DNA of 64,000 bases, from the NCBI GenBank assembly GCA_012295275.1, contig CM022665.1, forward strand, positions 7,688,001-7,752,000, given 5' to 3'. Origin of the DNA: Chrysomallon squamiferum (taxonomy: Eukaryota > Animalia > Mollusca). This document shows positions 62,031-64,000 of this stretch, piece after piece. Numbering within the stretch: the first letter of the stretch is position 1; every line of letters starts with the position of its first letter. Position numbers and translations under genes: made by a program. The notes under the pieces are model-generated. The model ran no database searches, was not told where the DNA came from, and worked only from the letters and a program-made list of their open reading frames with translations.

Positions 62031-63326
62031 ATAGTCAAACTTGTATATAACAGTAATTCAAGGGACCACAGAAAATGGCTGCTGTGGACAGGTGTCCTCT
62101 TTATAGAGGTTCCAAAATATTTCTCTCACTATAGAATCACATTATTAACTGTTATGACAGTTTGATTTCCTTTGTTAATTCCAGTAACCTCAAGAATAGA
62201 AAAACAATACAAATTAATAAAATAATGGTTTGCTTTCAATATCCCACCATGCATTACTAATCCAGTAAATCGCCTGTAATTTGATGTTTTCATTGCCAGT
62301 GGCTGTAATCTGTGGGATATTTTGTATGGTTTTTTTTTTTTTTTGGTTTTTTGTTGGGTTTTTTTGCACTTGGCATGTTCTTTTCAGTGTCTTCTGTAGC
62401 ATATGCTTTCCTTTTTAAAATACTGTTTGTGTATTTCCCACTCCAAACTGTTTTGCTGCAATTTTTCTAGCACTTGAAACAATCTTTGTAATAATTTCTA
62501 CTCATTGTTCTTAAGTTGGTGGCATAAATAAATGAATAACTAAAAACTGAAATTTACTTTTATTTAGCTGCAGTTTATTCCTCAAGTGACATGTTTAATA
62601 AATTATTAGTTTTATGTTTCCGCTAAGGCATTGGTACAGTACTTGTTTTGGATTTATGTTGCAAACCATAAACAAAATAATTCTGGTGCACCAAGGTCAT
62701 GATTTACCAAAGCATTCACCAGCTTAACTATATTGTTAATCTTTGCCGCTTGGTGCTGACTACTTGAGAAACAACAAATTATGTCTCATTGATAGTGGAG
62801 ACTACTCAGACATCTTGATTATAAATGCCTTTGATAATCAAACAGTAAAACATTCTGCTTTCATAGGCTACACCTAGTGACACATTACCTAGTTATTCAG
62901 CTGACATTTGCAAGATTAAAATAATCATGAGTATTAGCAAACATATATTTTTCAAAATAAGTTTGTTCTTTGTCATGTCGAATCAAATTGCCAAACATAC
63001 CAGTCACATGATACCAAAATAATAGCACTGCAGAAAACAATGCAATTTACTGGGATCTAAATTGCTGTATGATCATATGTGATGGGAAGAATTATATATT
63101 TATATATATATATAGATTTATTTAAAAAAAATTAATTCATTAATATTTTTTTACTTTTTTTTTACTATTTTGGCCACTAATGCAAGTTCAGACTTCATTT
63201 TTCTTGAAAAGTGGTGGCAGCTGGCTGCTGTCAATACAAATGGCTGTTTTATAGAGGCCACATTGTGTGTAAGGCTCAGAGTAACCATTATATATATATG
63301 TGCCCATTAGAGCAAGTTCAACTGCA
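62031..63326 (-). mobile_element. Internally deleted Tigger/pogo-type DNA transposon in a SPATS1-like intron
   Basis: Degenerate inverted termini (TAGTCAAACTTG... / ...CAAGTTCAACTG). The left end resembles the reverse complement of 38290-38373. Minus-strand remnants SARKIAAKQFGVGNTQ (HTH) and LQAIYWISNAW (DDE C-terminal helix). Confidence 0.72.
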
Positions 63327-63423
63327 CAGTGTTTGGAAAAGTCAGAATAATTCATTTTATTCAAAGCTCTTATTTTGGAATACATTATTTTTCATTTTTG
63401 TATTTCTTTTTACTTTATATATA

Positions 63424-63595
63424 TATATATAAACTTAAAAGAGACAAAAATATATTGATATATTAAAATATTTTCACCACTAAATAAACCAGATATAGGC
63501 CAATATAATTATAATAAAAAGCTTTTTAAGGATTTAAAGTATATATTTTTATGAACAAACAATTTAAATTACAGTTTGTACATTTCCAAGTTATA

Positions 63596-63649
<54 letters not shown>

Positions 63650-64000
63650 GTTGTTATTGTTTAAATAACAAAGTCCAGTTTCTGCTGATAATAAATTATT
63701 CCAGTAAAATTGTACTGAATTTTCTCCATTTGCCACTGTATTTATATAAACTTAAAAGAGACATAAAATCTGTTGGTATATTAAAATATTTTCACCATTA
63801 AATAAACCTGACATGGGCCAGTTTAATTATAATAAAAAGGTTTTAAGGATTTAAGGATTTAAGGTAAACATTTAATGAACAAACAATCTAATTAGATTTT
63901 GTATATTTCCAGCTTATTATTATTATTATTAATATTAGGTTGTTTTTGTTTCGGTAGCAAAGTGCAGTTTCTACTGATAATAAATTATTCCAGTAAAATT
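63424..64000. repeat. ~317-bp tandem duplication or satellite running off the window end
   Basis: AAACTTAAAAGAGACA at 63431 and 63748; both copies contain CTGATAATAAATTATTCCAGTAAAATT. Confidence 0.88.

Overview
AT-rich eukaryotic (invertebrate animal, probably lophotrochozoan/mollusc-like) genomic DNA, not prokaryotic. Most entries in the ORF track are microsatellite or intron artefacts. I reconstructed three spliced genes by hand from GT-AG boundaries with continuous reading phase. (1) MAP3K7/TAK1 on the minus strand: 18 coding exons, 42857->20756, about 674 aa. (2) PAXBP1/GCFC-family gene on the plus strand: 19 exons, 43645->55843, about 849 aa, head-to-head with TAK1 across about 790 bp. 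(3) The 5' part of a SPATS1-like gene on the plus strand (58955->beyond 61133), preceded by an RFX X-box. The first ~18 kb holds no convincing protein gene. It is CpG-retaining sequence with enhancer-like islands, microsatellites and a dense Forkhead-motif minisatellite. Decayed Tigger/pogo-type and other DNA transposons lie in introns and between genes. The best leads concern regulated splicing: an 81-nt TAK1 cassette exon resembling vertebrate exon 12 with upstream RBFOX motifs, a candidate 44-nt poison exon in PAXBP1, and candidate hidden exons in the long 3' introns of TAK1. I see no evidence for a wholly new multi-gene system.
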